Notes under the pieces: model-generated
What the model was told of the DNA's origin: nothing
What the model saw: the letters and a program-made list of their open reading frames with translations, nothing else
The model's database searches: none
Origin: Octopus vulgaris
Taxonomy: Eukaryota
Direction of reading: 5' to 3'
Assembly (NCBI GenBank): GCA_951406725.2
Contig: OX597836.1
Coordinates: 17,174,001 to 17,238,000, forward strand
Length of the DNA stretch: 64,000 bases
Made by a program: the position numbers and the translations under genes
Shown: positions 26,646-41,396 of the stretch, in pieces
How the letters are laid out: each line of letters starts with the position of its first letter
How positions within the stretch are numbered: position 1 is the stretch's first letter

Positions 26646-27474
26646 AGCAGCCAAACGCATAAATATATATTTATATATATATACATCTATGGTTGTATGT
26701 TTAAATGTACACACATACACACATGTAAAGAATCATATAAAATGAATGAATGTACATATCTCTGTTCACCAATGCATGGCAACTGTGTTCACCCATGCAC
26801 AACAATATATACACTGCAACATAGACTTCGACACGCTTCGATACACAGAAACCCGTTACAATATTCAAGGGATATATTTATAAACACATAGAATATCATC
26901 ACACATGACTGGGTATTGGCAAATTGTTAGTGAGATATATGAGCGGCGCGCGCGGGGTTAAAAAAGAATCTCTCTCTCCCTCTCATTCACTTTCTCTTTC
27001 TCTCTCTGTCTATGTTTTCTGTCTGTCTGTCTGTCTGTCTCTCTATATATTTATCAATCTATCTATTTATTTATATATCTATCTATGTGTCTTTCTATGT
27101 CTATTTATCTGTCATATATGTATGTATCTATCTATGTCTGTGCGTGTCAATATGTAAGTGTCCCATTTACTGGAGATTAGATACAAAATGGATGTGCTGA
27201 TGATGCTTATTGCGGTAGAAACACAGTTGTTCTCCTTTCTCCAGACCACCATATTGCATTCTTCTCTACAGACATGTCAATTTTAAGAGAATTTTTGATT
27301 ATTCCCCATTCTATTTTCGAGTTGCTCCCAATTACCAGCGAGCGATGGTTTTACCTTCTCCTAAGGCAGAGATTGTTTTAATAACTCATAATTAATCTTG
27401 TATGGTATTTGATATACACTTACTCGTCGTCGTCGTTGTTGTTGTTGTTGTTGTATATATATATATATATGTGT

Positions 27475-27554
<80 letters not shown>

Positions 27555-27556
27555 AT

Positions 27557-27856
27557 GTGGAGGCACAGTGGCCCAGTGGTTAGGGCAGCGGACTCGTGGT
27601 CGTAGGATCGCGGTTTCGATTCCCAGACCGGGCGTTGTGAGTGTTTATTGAGCGAAAACACCTAAAGTTCCACGAGGCTCCGGCAGGGGGTGGTGGCGAT
27701 CCCTGCTGTACTCTTTCACCACAACTTTCTGTTGGCCTGCTCGCTTAGCCAGCGGGGTGGCGTTATTTGAAGGCTAAAAACAATGTGAAGCGCATTGAGA
27801 CCAGCGATGTGTAGCAACATCTGATAGCCTGGTCGGTCACGGTAATCACTGTGATA
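27557..27856 (+). mobile_element. SINE C, tail type 1
   Basis: Matches the 17719 copy. Confidence 0.9.
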
Positions 27857-27875
27857 TATATGTATATATATATAT

Positions 27876-28078
27876 ATTTCTTTACTACCCACAAGGGGCT
27901 AAATACAGAGGGGACAAACATGGACAGACAAAGGGATTAAGTCGATTACATCGACTCCAGTGCGTAACTGGTACTTAATTTATCGACCCCCGAAAGGATG
28001 AAAGCCAAAGTCGACCTCGGTGGAATTTGAACTACGCATTTCGCCCGGCGTGGTAACGTTTCTGCCAGCTCGCCGCCT

Positions 28079-28079
<1 letters not shown>
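27876..28079 (-). mobile_element. SINE B with an internal deletion
   Basis: Reverse complement of the 14631 copy. Confidence 0.85.
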
Positions 28080-28112
<33 letters not shown>

Positions 28113-28115
<3 letters not shown>

Positions 28116-28517
28116 TCTTTACTCTTTACTCTTTTACTCTTTTACTTGTTTCAGTCATTTGACTGCGGCCATGCTGGAGCACCGCCTTTAATCGAGCAAA
28201 TCGACCCCGGGACTTATTCTTTTGTAAGCCCAGTACTTATTCTATCGGTCTCTTTTGCCGAACCGCTAAGTAACGGGGACATAAACACAACAGCATCAGT
28301 TGTCAAGCAATGCTGGGGGGACAAATACAGACACACAAACACACACACGCATATATATACATACATATATACGACGGGCTTCTTTCAGTTTCCGTCTACC
28401 AAATCCACTCACAAGGCTTTGGTCGGCCCGAGGCTATAGTAGAAGACACTTGCCCAAGGTGCCACGGAACCATGTGGTTGGTAAACAAGCTACTTACCAC
28501 ACAGCCACTCCTGCGCC
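28113..28517 (-). mobile_element. SINE A, near full length
   Basis: Reverse complement of the A consensus; B-box segment deleted. Confidence 0.9.
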
Positions 28518-29339
28518 TATGATATATATATATATTTATATTATATATATGTACACACACATATACACCCCTATACACCCACGACCGAATATAGTCCATC
28601 CCACACCGAACAATAATCATTGGTAGGAAAACTCTTCTCTTCTCTTTTCTAGTCGACCAGACAAAGCTTTTGTTTTGGGTCGATGATTCTGAAAGAGAAA
28701 CAAAAAAAACAACAATAATAAACAAATAAGAAAATCTATTTTTTTTCCACAGACTCCATCACCAGCACCACCAGCACCAGCATCACTATCACCGATACTA
28801 TAGCCCTCCTCTCTTCCCTGTCTATCTCTCTTCCCTCTCTCTCTCTTTTCCCTCTCTCTCTCTTCCCTCTCTCTCTCTTCCCTATCTCTCACTCTTCCCT
28901 ATCTCTCTCTCTCTTCCCTCTCTCTCTCTCTCTCTCTCTCTTCCCTCTCTCTCTCTCTCCTCTCCCACTCTCTACCACCACTGCCACCACCACTGTAGTA
29001 CAGTGTTGATGTATCACGAGTTGTAGTTTTTAAAAATTTTATTTCACTTTTCTCTCTTCCTTTCAGTCTCTCTCCTTAGTCTCTCTCTCTCTCTCTCTCT
29101 AAATCTCTCTGTCACTTTCTGCCTCTCTCAGTCTCTTTCTTTCTCTCTCTCTGTCAATTTTATCTGCCCGTTTGTCTGTCTGTCTCTCTGTCTCTATGTC
29201 TCTCCGTCTATTTTTACTCTGTTATACTGTTCCATCTAAGACCACACACACACACACACGCTCACCACAACTGTACCCACTAACGCACACCCACACTTAT
29301 GTACATATCTATCTATCTTTCTATCTATTCATCTATCAA

Positions 29340-29437
<98 letters not shown>

Positions 29438-29717
29438 CATACACATCCGTTGAAATCCCATCCCCCACAAAAGCAAAATTCTTCCAATTCACCACTATAA
29501 CTTCTAAGGAAGTCCATATCCAATCTGATGTTCGGGAAGATGGAATTCGAATAAGTAGATGGAAGATGCCAGCTGTTACAACCATAAAATAACTTTCTGG
29601 TGTTGAGTGCTTCTTTTCCTTTTTTTCAATTCTCCTATCTCTGTACTTATGTACTTCATATACATACATACATACATACATACATACATACATACATACA
29701 TACATACATACATACAT

Positions 29718-29910
29718 AGTTAATCCAAACAAGAAAACACAAAAAAACACAACAACGCGAGGACGTGGAACAAATATAGTATTATTGGACGCTCAGGAAA
29801 GAAGGAAAGAAGGAGGGTTTAATGTTTCGAGCGGAGCTCTTCGTCAGAAACATAGGAGAAGGAAAGATCCAGAGAAGGGAAGATAGAGGGAAAAAAAATC
29901 GCCAATTTTG
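29718..29910 (-). mobile_element. Hammerhead-bearing family P2, copy 2
   Basis: Minus strand reads GTTT-CTGACGA-AGAGCTCCGCTC-GAAAC-ATT-AAAC at 29817-29851. Confidence 0.7.
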
Positions 29911-29947
29911 ATACATACATACATACATACATACATACATAAATGCA

Positions 29948-30890
29948 GTGTTGAGGAGTGAAGTGAGCAACATTGTACGAGTTAGCAGTGAACTCCTCAA
30001 GAAACACTCTCTTCCTGATGATCTCATATACAGCTCCAAAACAGATGGGCTCTCTTACTTCAGAGAAGACCTGGATGGAAAGCACTCAGCATACAAAAAA
30101 AAAAAAGACTATGCCGGAAGCTTGAACAAGACAGTATAATTGACATGAAGCGCAGTCTCTCTTGGACACAAGACCATTACATCTCATTACACTTTAAAGG
30201 CTATGCGTTTGCGATTCAGGAATAGGAGATTGCCACAAAGTACCTGGTGAACAAGAGAGACAGTGACGCTCTTGTAATCCCAAGATGACAACCGCATGCT
30301 TAGTCTATGTCATGTTTCTGTGGAAGACATTACGTATGTGATTATCAGCTGTCCTAAAATGAGGTCACGGTACTACCTCCCTATGTGGCACAATGTTGTT
30401 GCGAAAACAATTTAGAATGTCATCCGCATGAACGAATGTCCTGAAATAAACTTAGAAAATCCCTCTGTTATGGACTACATTTATAAACACCAACTCAAGG
30501 AATACTGGTGGAATGTTCCTATCAAAACTTCTGTCAAATATAAACATAACAGGCCAGATATTGTTGTTTGGGACAGAGGGGCAAATGTATGTACCATCAT
30601 AGAGGTTAGTTGCCCAGCGGATATAAATATCTCTTTGAAAATTAAAGAAAAAAGGATATCTATAGACAACTGATTCGAAACCTCCAGCTTCTACTTCCAG
30701 ATTATGAATTCATATTCATACAAATAATAATTGGAGCACTATGTTTTGTTAGTAAACGCTTAAAGGAGAATCTAGATCAACTGGGATTTTCAGAAAGAGA
30801 AATTGACCGGCTAATTCGTACATTACAGGTTCAATCTGTGAGTGGAACAGTAAGAATATGCAAGACTTTTCTCAAGTTCCAAATGTGAAT
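29948..30890 (+). mobile_element. RLE non-LTR retrotransposon (R4/NeSL-like) C-terminal fragment, decayed
   Basis: GYAFAIQE; degenerate CCHC knuckle (CHVSVEDITYVIISCPK); HNVVAK; KHNRPDIVVWD..IIEVSCPAD; IIIGAL; stops and frameshifts. Confidence 0.85.
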
Positions 30891-30998
30891 TTGTCTGTGT
30901 TAACTACATCCCAAGCGATGGTGAGGTGGGGGACAAGCACAGACAGAAATAACAAATACATACATACATGCATACATATATACATGCATACATACATG

Positions 30999-31119
<121 letters not shown>

Positions 31120-31688
31120 CGGGCTTCTTTCAGTTTCCGTCTACCTAATCTACCCACAAGGCTTTACGTACATATAGAGCACCACCTTGAAGGATTCAGT
31201 GGGTCAAATCGAATTAAGCAGCTATGTTAAGACTGATACTTATTCCATCGGTCTCTTTTTGTTGATCTTACTCGTTCAGTAAAGCAAAGAACGACAAATA
31301 ACACTTTAGTTTGCCTGTAACTTTAACGCTACGACCAGAAAACTGTCTGTTGCTAGGCTACTCTCGACAGTAATTTTGGATTTTTATTCATTGAGCATTA
31401 ATATATTTTCTACCGAATCTGTTTACATTAAGATCGTTCATATTTCCAACGGAATACAGTCTATCAATGCCATAATATATAAATACATGTAATGCCGGGA
31501 AGTTCTTTTTGCAACATATAAACCAAATGCTTCACTTATTTCTGCTCCATCAAAAGCAGCCATAGTTGTGTCTTTGTATTCTATTTTGCCCAGGTTGTAC
31601 TTTCGGAATACAAGTTCAACTTCCTGGCGTTTTGAATGATCCGAATGTCTGAATGACTATTTGGCGTTATGGTATTTGCGAAGGCTAA

Positions 31689-32470
31689 GGCGGCGAGCTG
31701 GCAGAATCGTTAGCGCGCCGGGCGAAATGCGTAGCCGTATTTCGTCTGCCGTTACGTTCTGAGTTCAAATTCCGCCGAGGTCGACTTTACCTTTCATCCT
31801 TTCGGGGTCGATAAATAAAATACCAGTGACGTACTGGGGTCGATGTAATCGACGTAATCCCTTTGTCTGTACTTGTTTGTCCCCTATGTGTTTAGCCCCT
31901 TGTGGGTAGTAAAGAAATAGGTATTTCGTCTGCCGTTACGTTCTGAGTTCAAATTCCGCCGAGGTCGACTTTGCCTTTCATCCTTTCGGCGTTGATAAAT
32001 TAAGTACCAGTAACGTACTGGGGTCGATGTAATCGACGTAATCCCTTTGTCTGTACTTGTTTGTCCCCTTTGTGGTTAGCCCCTTGTGGGTAGTAAAGAA
32101 ATAGGTATTTCGTCTGCCGTTACGTTCTAAGTTCAAATTCCGTCGAGGTCGACTTTGCCTTTCATCCTTTCGGGGTCGATAAATTAAAGACCAGTTACGC
32201 ACTGAGGTCGATGTAATCGACTTAATACCTATATCTGTCCTTGTTTGTCCCCTCTGTGTTTAGCCCCTCGTAGGTAGTAAAGAAATGGGTATTTCGTCTG
32301 CCGTTACTTTCTGAGTTCAAATTCCGCCGAGGTCGACTTTGCCTTTCATCCTTTCGGGGTCGATAAATTAAGTACCAGTGACGCACTGGGATCGATGTAA
32401 TCGACTTAATCCCTTTGTCTGTCCTTGTTTGTCCTCTCTGTGTGTAGCCCTTGTGGGTAGTAAAGAAATA
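31689..32470 (+). mobile_element. SINE B tetramer (one head plus four 183-184-bp bodies) with 18-bp TSD
   Basis: Junction GGTATTTCG at 31920, 32104 and 32288; TSD GGTATTTG(CG/TA)AAGGCTAA at 31671-31688 and 32471-32488. Confidence 0.9.
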
Positions 32471-32594
32471 GGTATTTGTAAAGGCTAATAAAGTAGATGC
32501 GATTTCGTTTTAAAAAGATAAAAAATTTCCTATATAAAACTGAAAGTACTTTTATTATTATCAATATTAGCAATATAAGCATTTTGCACCAGAA

Positions 32595-33118
32595 GTCAAT
32601 ATGAGAGTGTTCTCTCATGGTATCCACTGCAGTATAGTTTGTTCTAACAGAACATCCACATTTAAGTAGCGATAAATATTATCGCTCGGTATTAATACTG
32701 CCTCTGTCGCTAGTATATATATTTTAACAAGCTCATTGGCTGATCGTGACACCAGTGTCTGTTCTGGCAAAGTTTTCCTATATATTACTGGTGGGGAGGT
32801 GGAGTCGCTGCTTTTTTTAGCAGTCAATCGACCATCATTGACATGACAATATGAGAGTTTCCCGAGGTCGACTTTGCTTTTTATCCTCTCGGGGTTGATA
32901 AATTAAATGCCAATTGCTTACTGGGATCGATCTAATCGACTGGCCCCCTCCCCCCCAAATTTCGGGGCTTGTGCATAGAGTAGAAAAGAATATTAAAGTT
33001 TCTCTCATGATATCTACCACAGTATAGCTTGTTCTAACAATACCCACATGTAAATGGGAATAGATATTACTTCTAGATATTAATACTGCCTCTGTCACTA
33101 ATATATATATTTTTTAAA
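32595..33118 (+). repeat. Diverged ~130-bp direct duplication; second copy interrupted by a SINE B' fragment (32862-32995)
   Basis: TTCTCTCATG...CAGTATAG.TTGTTCTAACA...TATTAATACTGCCTCTGTC occurs twice. Confidence 0.7.
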
Positions 33119-33514
33119 TGATAGAACCCAAGATTTTCTAACTATGCCTGTTGCTTCAAGGTGGAATAACATATGGTATGGATGGTTAAAGAAATTATAC
33201 TTATGATCCTTGAGTGTGTGTTACGAAGTAGGCAGTGAGCCAAAGTTTGTAGCCTATCGCCTATTTTAAAGCCGGATACGATCTCCTAGGCATCTTGGTT
33301 AACAGATTTGTAAGTGTCAACATGGAATTTCTCCAAACTATACTGTAAATAACAATACTCTGAAACAATAGTCTTCTATAAATATTTGTTTCTCTGGAGG
33401 TTTTATCACATATCTTGATTAATCATAAAACTCGGGATGCACTTTAGAAGGCTCCGAAATTTGTTTTTGAATTTCTGGAATGTAATGTTTGTTATTAGAC
33501 TGAAGAATGATTAA

Positions 33515-34688
33515 TCTCTCTATATATAAAGCTGAAGTTGTCTGTGTGTGGTAGGTTTGGTAGCCTTCAACTAACACTATCTCCTCTGAGACCCTGCGGT
33601 GCAAGTTGACCAAAATTGACAGTAATGATAGAAGAAGGCTTGCTCTTCATTCCGTAGAAGATAAAATTCAAATCGGACCATGTTAAGACAAACAATTATT
33701 TACATCAAAAAAGTGCTTTTTTTTCTATGAAAATCCCTATTTTTTACGATTTTTTGACTGCTGTGTTGCGATATTTTGGTGTATTTCAACCAGAAAAATG
33801 TTCACTCAAAGAGAATAACAAGCTACATAATGCAAAATATTTTACTTTTCAAAAATTCCAATTGTAAAGGGTCGAAACAAACCCGAGCAACGCCGGGCGA
33901 TACTGCTAGTATATATATAAAGCTGAAGTTGTCTGTGTATGGAAGGTTTGGTAGCCTTCAACTAACACTATCTCCTCCGAGACCCTGCGGCGCAAGTTGA
34001 CCAAAATTGACAGTATGATAGAAGAAGGCTTGCTCTTCATTCCGTAGAAGATAAAATTCAAATCGGACCATGTTAAGACAAACAATTATTTACATCAAAA
34101 AAGTGCTTTTTTTTCTATGAAAATCCCTATTTTTTACGATTTTTTGACTGCTGTGTTGCGATATTTTGGTGTATTTCAACCAGAAAAATGTTCACTCAAA
34201 GAGAATAACAAGCTACATAATGCAAAATATTTTACTTTTCAAAAATTCCAATTGTAAAGGGTCGAAACAAACCCGAGCAACGCCGGGCGATACTGCTAGT
34301 ATATATATAAAGCTGAAGTTGTCTGTGTATGGAAGGTTTGGTAGCCTTCAACTAACACTATCTCCTCCGAGACCCTGCGGCGCAAGTTAACCAAAATTGA
34401 CAGTATGATAGAAGAAGGCTTGCTCTTCCTTCCATAGAAGAAAAAAATCAAATCGGACCATGTTCACACCAAAAATTATTTACATCAAAAAGGTGCTTTT
34501 TTTCTATGAAATTCCCTATTTTTTATGATTTTTTGACTGCTGTGTTGCCATTTTTCGGTGTATTTCAACCAGAAAAATGTTCACTCAAAGAGAATAACAA
34601 GCTGCATAATGCAAAATTTTTTACTTTTCAAAAATTCCAATTGTAAAGGGTCGAAGCAAGCCCGAGCAACGCCGAGCGATACTGCTAG
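33515..34688 (+). mobile_element. Tandem trimer of a ~390-bp non-autonomous Helitron
   Basis: A|TC start; each unit ends with hairpin CCCGAGCAACGCCGGG then CTAG (33909, 34299, 34688); T follows; no TSD. Confidence 0.85.
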
Positions 34689-35024
34689 TATGTGTATATG
34701 TGTCTAAGGTGGTGAGCTGGCGGAATCGTTAGCATGCCGCGCCAAATGCTGATGGCATTTCGTCCGTCTATACGTTTCGAGTCCAAATTCCATCGAGATC
34801 GGCTTTGCTTTTCATCCTTTCAGATGAGAAAAATCCAATCGCGAGGACTTAATACGAGTATTAATGGATATAACAATAGAATATAATAGTTTTATTTATT
34901 TTACAGGTTTAATATTTCTGTAAAGAAACTCCGCTATCACTTATTTGAGAGACGATATGACCAAAGGAAAAAAAATGAGTTTGCTAAAATATTATATTAA
35001 TAAAAGATAAATAGACAGAGAACA

Positions 35025-35071
<47 letters not shown>

Positions 35072-35151
35072 GAGAGAAAGAGAAAGAAAGAAAGGAAATA
35101 ACGAGAGAGAGAGAGAGGGGGGGGAGAGAGAAAGAGAAAGAAAGAAAGGAA

Positions 35152-35211
<60 letters not shown>

Positions 35212-35274
35212 CGAGTCACACATATCAGCCCAAGCCAGCTGCTGTTAAAGTGGCATAGTTACATCGATGATAAT

Positions 35275-35478
35275 AATTGGCACAAGGCCAGCAATTTCGG
35301 GAAAGGGACTAAGTCGACGAGATCGACTCCAGTGCTCAGCTGGTACTTATTTTATCGATCCCAAAAGGATGAAAAGCAAAGTCGACTTCGGTGAAATTTG
35401 AACTCAGAACGTAAAGGTGGAAAAAATGTCACTGAGTATTTTGCCCGGCATGCTCACAATTCTGGAAGCTGGCCGCCT
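35275..35478 (-). mobile_element. SINE B'
   Basis: Reverse-complement match including the GCTGGCCTTGTGCC tail. Confidence 0.8.
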
Positions 35479-35479
35479 A

Positions 35480-36310
<831 letters not shown>

Positions 36311-36319
36311 GTCCGACTT

Positions 36320-36548
36320 GCTAACGATTCTACTTTAGGCACAAGGTCAGCAATTTTGAGGCGCAGGGGAAGTTGATTACGTGGACCCTCACTCCAGTGT
36401 CGGCCTGGTATTTATTTTATCGACCCCCGAAAGGATAAAAGACAAATCGACCTCGGCGGAATTTGAACTCAGAACATAGCAGCAGACGGAAGAAATACAG
36501 CGAAGTATTTTACCCAACTGGCTCACGATTCTGCCAGCACGCCGCTTT
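36320..36548 (-). mobile_element. SINE B'
   Basis: Reverse-complement match. Confidence 0.75.
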
Positions 36549-36567
36549 AACTCCATCGATAACAACC

Positions 36568-36602
<35 letters not shown>

Positions 36603-36610
36603 AATAATAA

Positions 36611-36660
<50 letters not shown>

Positions 36661-36722
36661 ATAATAATAATAATGATGATAATATTAATAATGATATACC
36701 TCGTTCAGAGATTTATTATTGC

Positions 36723-36776
<54 letters not shown>

Positions 36777-37700
36777 TAATAATAATAATAATAATATTAA
36801 TAAAAATTATAATAATAACAATAACAACAACAACAATAATAATACTGTTTTCTGTTTTGGCCGAACACAAAACAAAAAGAGATACTGCAACACAAGGGAC
36901 AAGTGAGTCTTAGCACCAAACTTCGTGTATAAAACTGAAATAATAATAATAACAATCAAATTCTCCAAAAGTGGGCAGTTCCGCCCCCTTTTTATTAGCC
37001 TCTGGGGGGTGGGGGTGGGGTGGGGATAGATGAGGGAGAAACAACGCTCTTTTAACAATTAAAGCAGTCACAGCACAGAAAGAGGCAACCGGTCAGCCAG
37101 CCAGCGCTGCAACACGTACAACCAGGCGAAGCAGAAAAATAAGTAAAACAAAATAAATAAAAAAAGGGGGCGATAACTCTAGCTGGACTCTAAACGATAC
37201 AAGTCAAGCGTCCACGACATTGCGCTTGAGTGTGACTCTACGTTACTTATACTTAATGGGTGGGAGGCGGAGGAGTTTCTAACGAGAGAAATAGGTTGAG
37301 GGAGGGTAGGAGGAGACGCTTCTGATTGTAGGCTCGCCGTCGTCGTCGTAGTGATGTTATCGCAACAGTCGTAATATCAATAGTTTTAGTATTCCTGCTT
37401 GTAGTAGTAGTAGTAGTAGTCGTAGTAGCAGCAGCAGCTGTTGTTGGTTGCTGTTGTTTAACTCCAGGTCAATGGGTGATTGAGGCAATATTAAGATCAG
37501 AGGCGTTCCAGCCACGCCAACTCCGTCGTTTTAGGGCGTTATTCAACGACGACTGCGTTATCTAACGCACCCTTTCACATTTCTAAGGCGGTGGACACGT
37601 GCGGTGGTTCTGAAAGGGAGAGGAGTTGACTGTTATTTCTAGCAGGTCGTGTCGTGCGAAGCAACATAGACGCTGCATCGTTGGCTCGGTGACTTATGAA

Positions 37701-37752
<52 letters not shown>

Positions 37753-38109
37753 GGTGGGAGAAGTAGAATATCGAGGAGGGGGAGGAGAACAGAACGAGTA
37801 CTGATATCTATCTATGTGTGTGTGTGTGTGCACGTGTGTAACACACACACGCACGCACGCACATACACACGCACACGCACATACACACGCACGCACATAC
37901 ACACACTTATACACACACACACGCACAGACATACTCGCACACACATGCATACACACACACACGCACACACAAATATATAGGTGTATAGAGATACAAATAT
38001 CCAATACTTTTATGTACTTAAGAGTACGCGTATACACACACAAGAAATAATATATATATATACACGTTCTCAAACCCGGATACACATATATACACAAAGA
38101 CACACACAC

Positions 38110-38197
38110 ACACATTTATATATACTTAGGTAAACAACACATATATACGCATACACACCTAATAGACACACACATAAGAAATAATATATATATATAT

Positions 38198-38233
<36 letters not shown>

Positions 38234-38347
38234 CACGTACTCAGAGAGAGACACACACACACACACGAGTATATATACTTAGATAAACACGTATATACGC
38301 ATACACACCCAATAGACACACACATAAGAAATAATATATATATATAT

Positions 38348-38384
<37 letters not shown>

Positions 38385-38465
38385 GTACTCAGAGAGAGAC
38401 ACACACACACACACGAGTATATATACTTAGATAAACACGTATATACGCATACACACCCAACAGAC
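38110..38465. repeat. ~150-160-bp tandem duplication of degenerate CA/TA sequence
   Basis: TATATACTTAG.TAAAC...GCATACACACC.AA three times. Confidence 0.75.
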
Positions 38466-38921
38466 ACACGCACTCACCCTCACGCACTCATGCTGAGCAA
38501 GAGCTGAGTTGAGTTAGTTTTGTTGTTGTCGGCTGTTTGGTGGCGCTCGCGGCGTTGCCAACAACTTTTTTTTGTTTTTTGTTTCTTTCTTCATTTTTCC
38601 TTTGCTCTTCGCAACACCGAGAGAGAGAGAGAGAGAGACACAAACGAAGGAGTTTACTTGCGACCGTCTCTCTCCGTCTCATTCATCCGTACACGGACCG
38701 ACAGATAGACACAATCACAGACACAGAGACAGACACAGCCACAGAGAAAGACGAGGCCAGACAAAACAAGACGTCGTGCGGAAGAGAAAGCCGGATGGAA
38801 AGATTGCACTAAGGAAAGGTAAAAAAGCAAAAAACTGAACAAAACAAAACAAAACTAAAACAATAACAAAAAGAAGTGTTCCGAGTTCGAACCTAACACA
38901 CTAACCGGCATTTCAAAAGAC

Positions 38922-38962
<41 letters not shown>

Positions 38963-39120
38963 TTATTTATTTATTTATTTTCATATTTATTTACGTTTCT
39001 CCGTCTTCTTCTCTGGGTGGGTTGGGTGGATCGAACACGTGAGAGAATACGAACGAAAAAAGAAAAAAATAACAAAAAAGATTAAAAAAAATATGAGTTC
39101 GGTTTAGATCGTATAACGCC

Positions 39121-39151
39121 TCTACTACTACTACTACTACTACTACTACTA

Positions 39152-39209
<58 letters not shown>

Positions 39210-39276
39210 ACTACTACTACTACTACTACTACTAACTACTACTACTACTACTATTACCACCACCACCACCACCACC

Positions 39277-39307
<31 letters not shown>

Positions 39308-39308
39308 T

Positions 39309-39349
<41 letters not shown>

Positions 39350-39362
39350 ACTACTACTACTA

Positions 39363-39397
<35 letters not shown>

Positions 39398-39407
39398 CAC
39401 CACCACC

Positions 39408-39447
<40 letters not shown>

Positions 39448-39552
39448 TTACTACTACTACTACTACTACTAACTACTACTACTACTAACTACTACTACTA
39501 ACTACTACTACTACTAACTACTACTACTACTACTACCACCACCACCACCACC

Positions 39553-39598
<46 letters not shown>

Positions 39599-39603
39599 AC
39601 TAC
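39121..39603. repeat. (CTA)n/(CCA)n array
   Basis: Direct read. Confidence 0.95.
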
Positions 39604-39706
39604 AGTTGCGGCAGCGTACCTGTAATTATTTACGGTAGAAGCAGGTTGCTTTTGTCAACTAATATAGTTATGTAGCAGCTACAAGTATCTTATTTTGGAC
39701 TGTCGC

Positions 39707-40172
39707 TTCCTCTCTCACCCTCTCTTTCTCTCTCATTCTCTCTCTCACCCTCTCTCTCATTCTCTCTCTCCTTCTCTCTCTTTCTTTCTCTCTCTCCTTC
39801 TCTCTCTTTCTTTCTCTCTCTCACCCTCTCTCTCCTTCTCTCTCTCCTTCTCTCTCTCCTTCTCTCTCTTTCTTTCTCTCTCTCCTTCTCTCTCTCACTC
39901 CTTCTCTCTCTCTCTCCTCTCTCTCTCTCCTTCTCTCTCTTTCTTTCTCTCTCTCACCCTCTCTCTTTCTTTCTCTCTCTCACCCTCTCTCTCCTTCTTC
40001 TCTCACTCTCTCTCTCCTTCTTCTCTCACCCTCTCTCTCCTTATTCTCTCACCCTCTCTCTTTTTCTCTCTCTCACCCTCTCTCTCCTTCTCTCTCGCTC
40101 CTTCTCTCTCTCTCCGTCTCTCTTTCTCTCTCCTTCTCTCCTTCTCTCTCTCTAGTTCTTTCTTTCTCTCTT
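39707..40172. repeat. Polypyrimidine (CT)-rich tract
   Basis: Direct read. Confidence 0.95.
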
Positions 40173-40632
40173 TCCCATTGCACAACCGAACGCACGCAGC
40201 TCTTTGCGCCTTTCTTTATTCTCACTTATTATTTACTAATTATTACTAGTCATTGTTGTTAGTCCTGTTTAGTATTTAGTCGCAACCAGGGCGTACCGGG
40301 GGTACGGGGTACGGTGGAAATGTAACCGAAGCAACTGTATTCGATCTTCCTTCGACTCGGCTCACTTCCGAGCCTCTCCTCCCACCATCACCACCACCAC
40401 CACCACCACCACCACCACCATCACCACTACGACGACGACCACGACGACGAACCACATTATTGTGAGAAACTACCCCAGAGTAGAAGGCATCATCATTAAT
40501 TAACATCGTTATCGTTTGTTTTTTGTAAAGACGGATCTCGAAGCAGATAAAGCTATAATCAACAGTTTGCAAATATCGGGGCAAAAAACCACCCCCCAAA
40601 AAACACAGAACTCTTTGAGTAGAAAAATTCAA

Positions 40633-40665
<33 letters not shown>

Positions 40666-41064
40666 TATTTTTATTATTATTATTATTACCGTCATTACTG
40701 AAGTTTGTTATGGTGATAATAAGCATCTTCTGGTGACTCCGAGGTTCGGGTTTCGATCCCTCTTCCTGGAAGATATATTTATTAAAACTACAACAACAAC
40801 AACAACTACAAATTCTGCAGACAGGTATGAACGTTACAACTTTTGATTTAGTTTTTGAAAATTTTACCATTTATTTATTATTTTATTTATTTATTTTCTT
40901 TTTCCTTTTCGCTCACGTACTTTGGCTTGTAGCTTCACTGTTGACATTTAAGATCTGAGTCACGTACATACACACCCTAAAACACACACACATACTAACA
41001 CATACACATACTAACACATACACACTAACACGCACCCTAATGCACGTACTGATATACAAAGTTG

Positions 41065-41104
<40 letters not shown>

Positions 41105-41396
41105 CGTAAACATAGATGAAGTGACACACGCGCACAATGACATACATATGTTGACATACATACATACATACATATATACATATACATACGCTGAGCTACA
41201 CACATATAGTGGAACACACACAAACACAAACACACACACACGTACATAGCGGCACGCAGTATCTTTCATGCGTAGAAGTGCGCGTACAAGCGCGTGCGCA
41301 TAATCACGCACATGCTGGCACGTGCACACACATACATTTGCACGCGCACTGTTGCACAATATCACACACAAACACACACACAGCCTACTTATTCAC

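Noticed and set aside
27180-27395. Possible RT fragment with an ADD-like motif (and a similar weak candidate at 9440-9640)
   Set aside because: Too degenerate to assign without a profile search
40276-40870. Minus-strand ORFs of 139 and 103 aa
   Set aside because: Dominated by repeat-derived homopolymer runs; no recognisable domain
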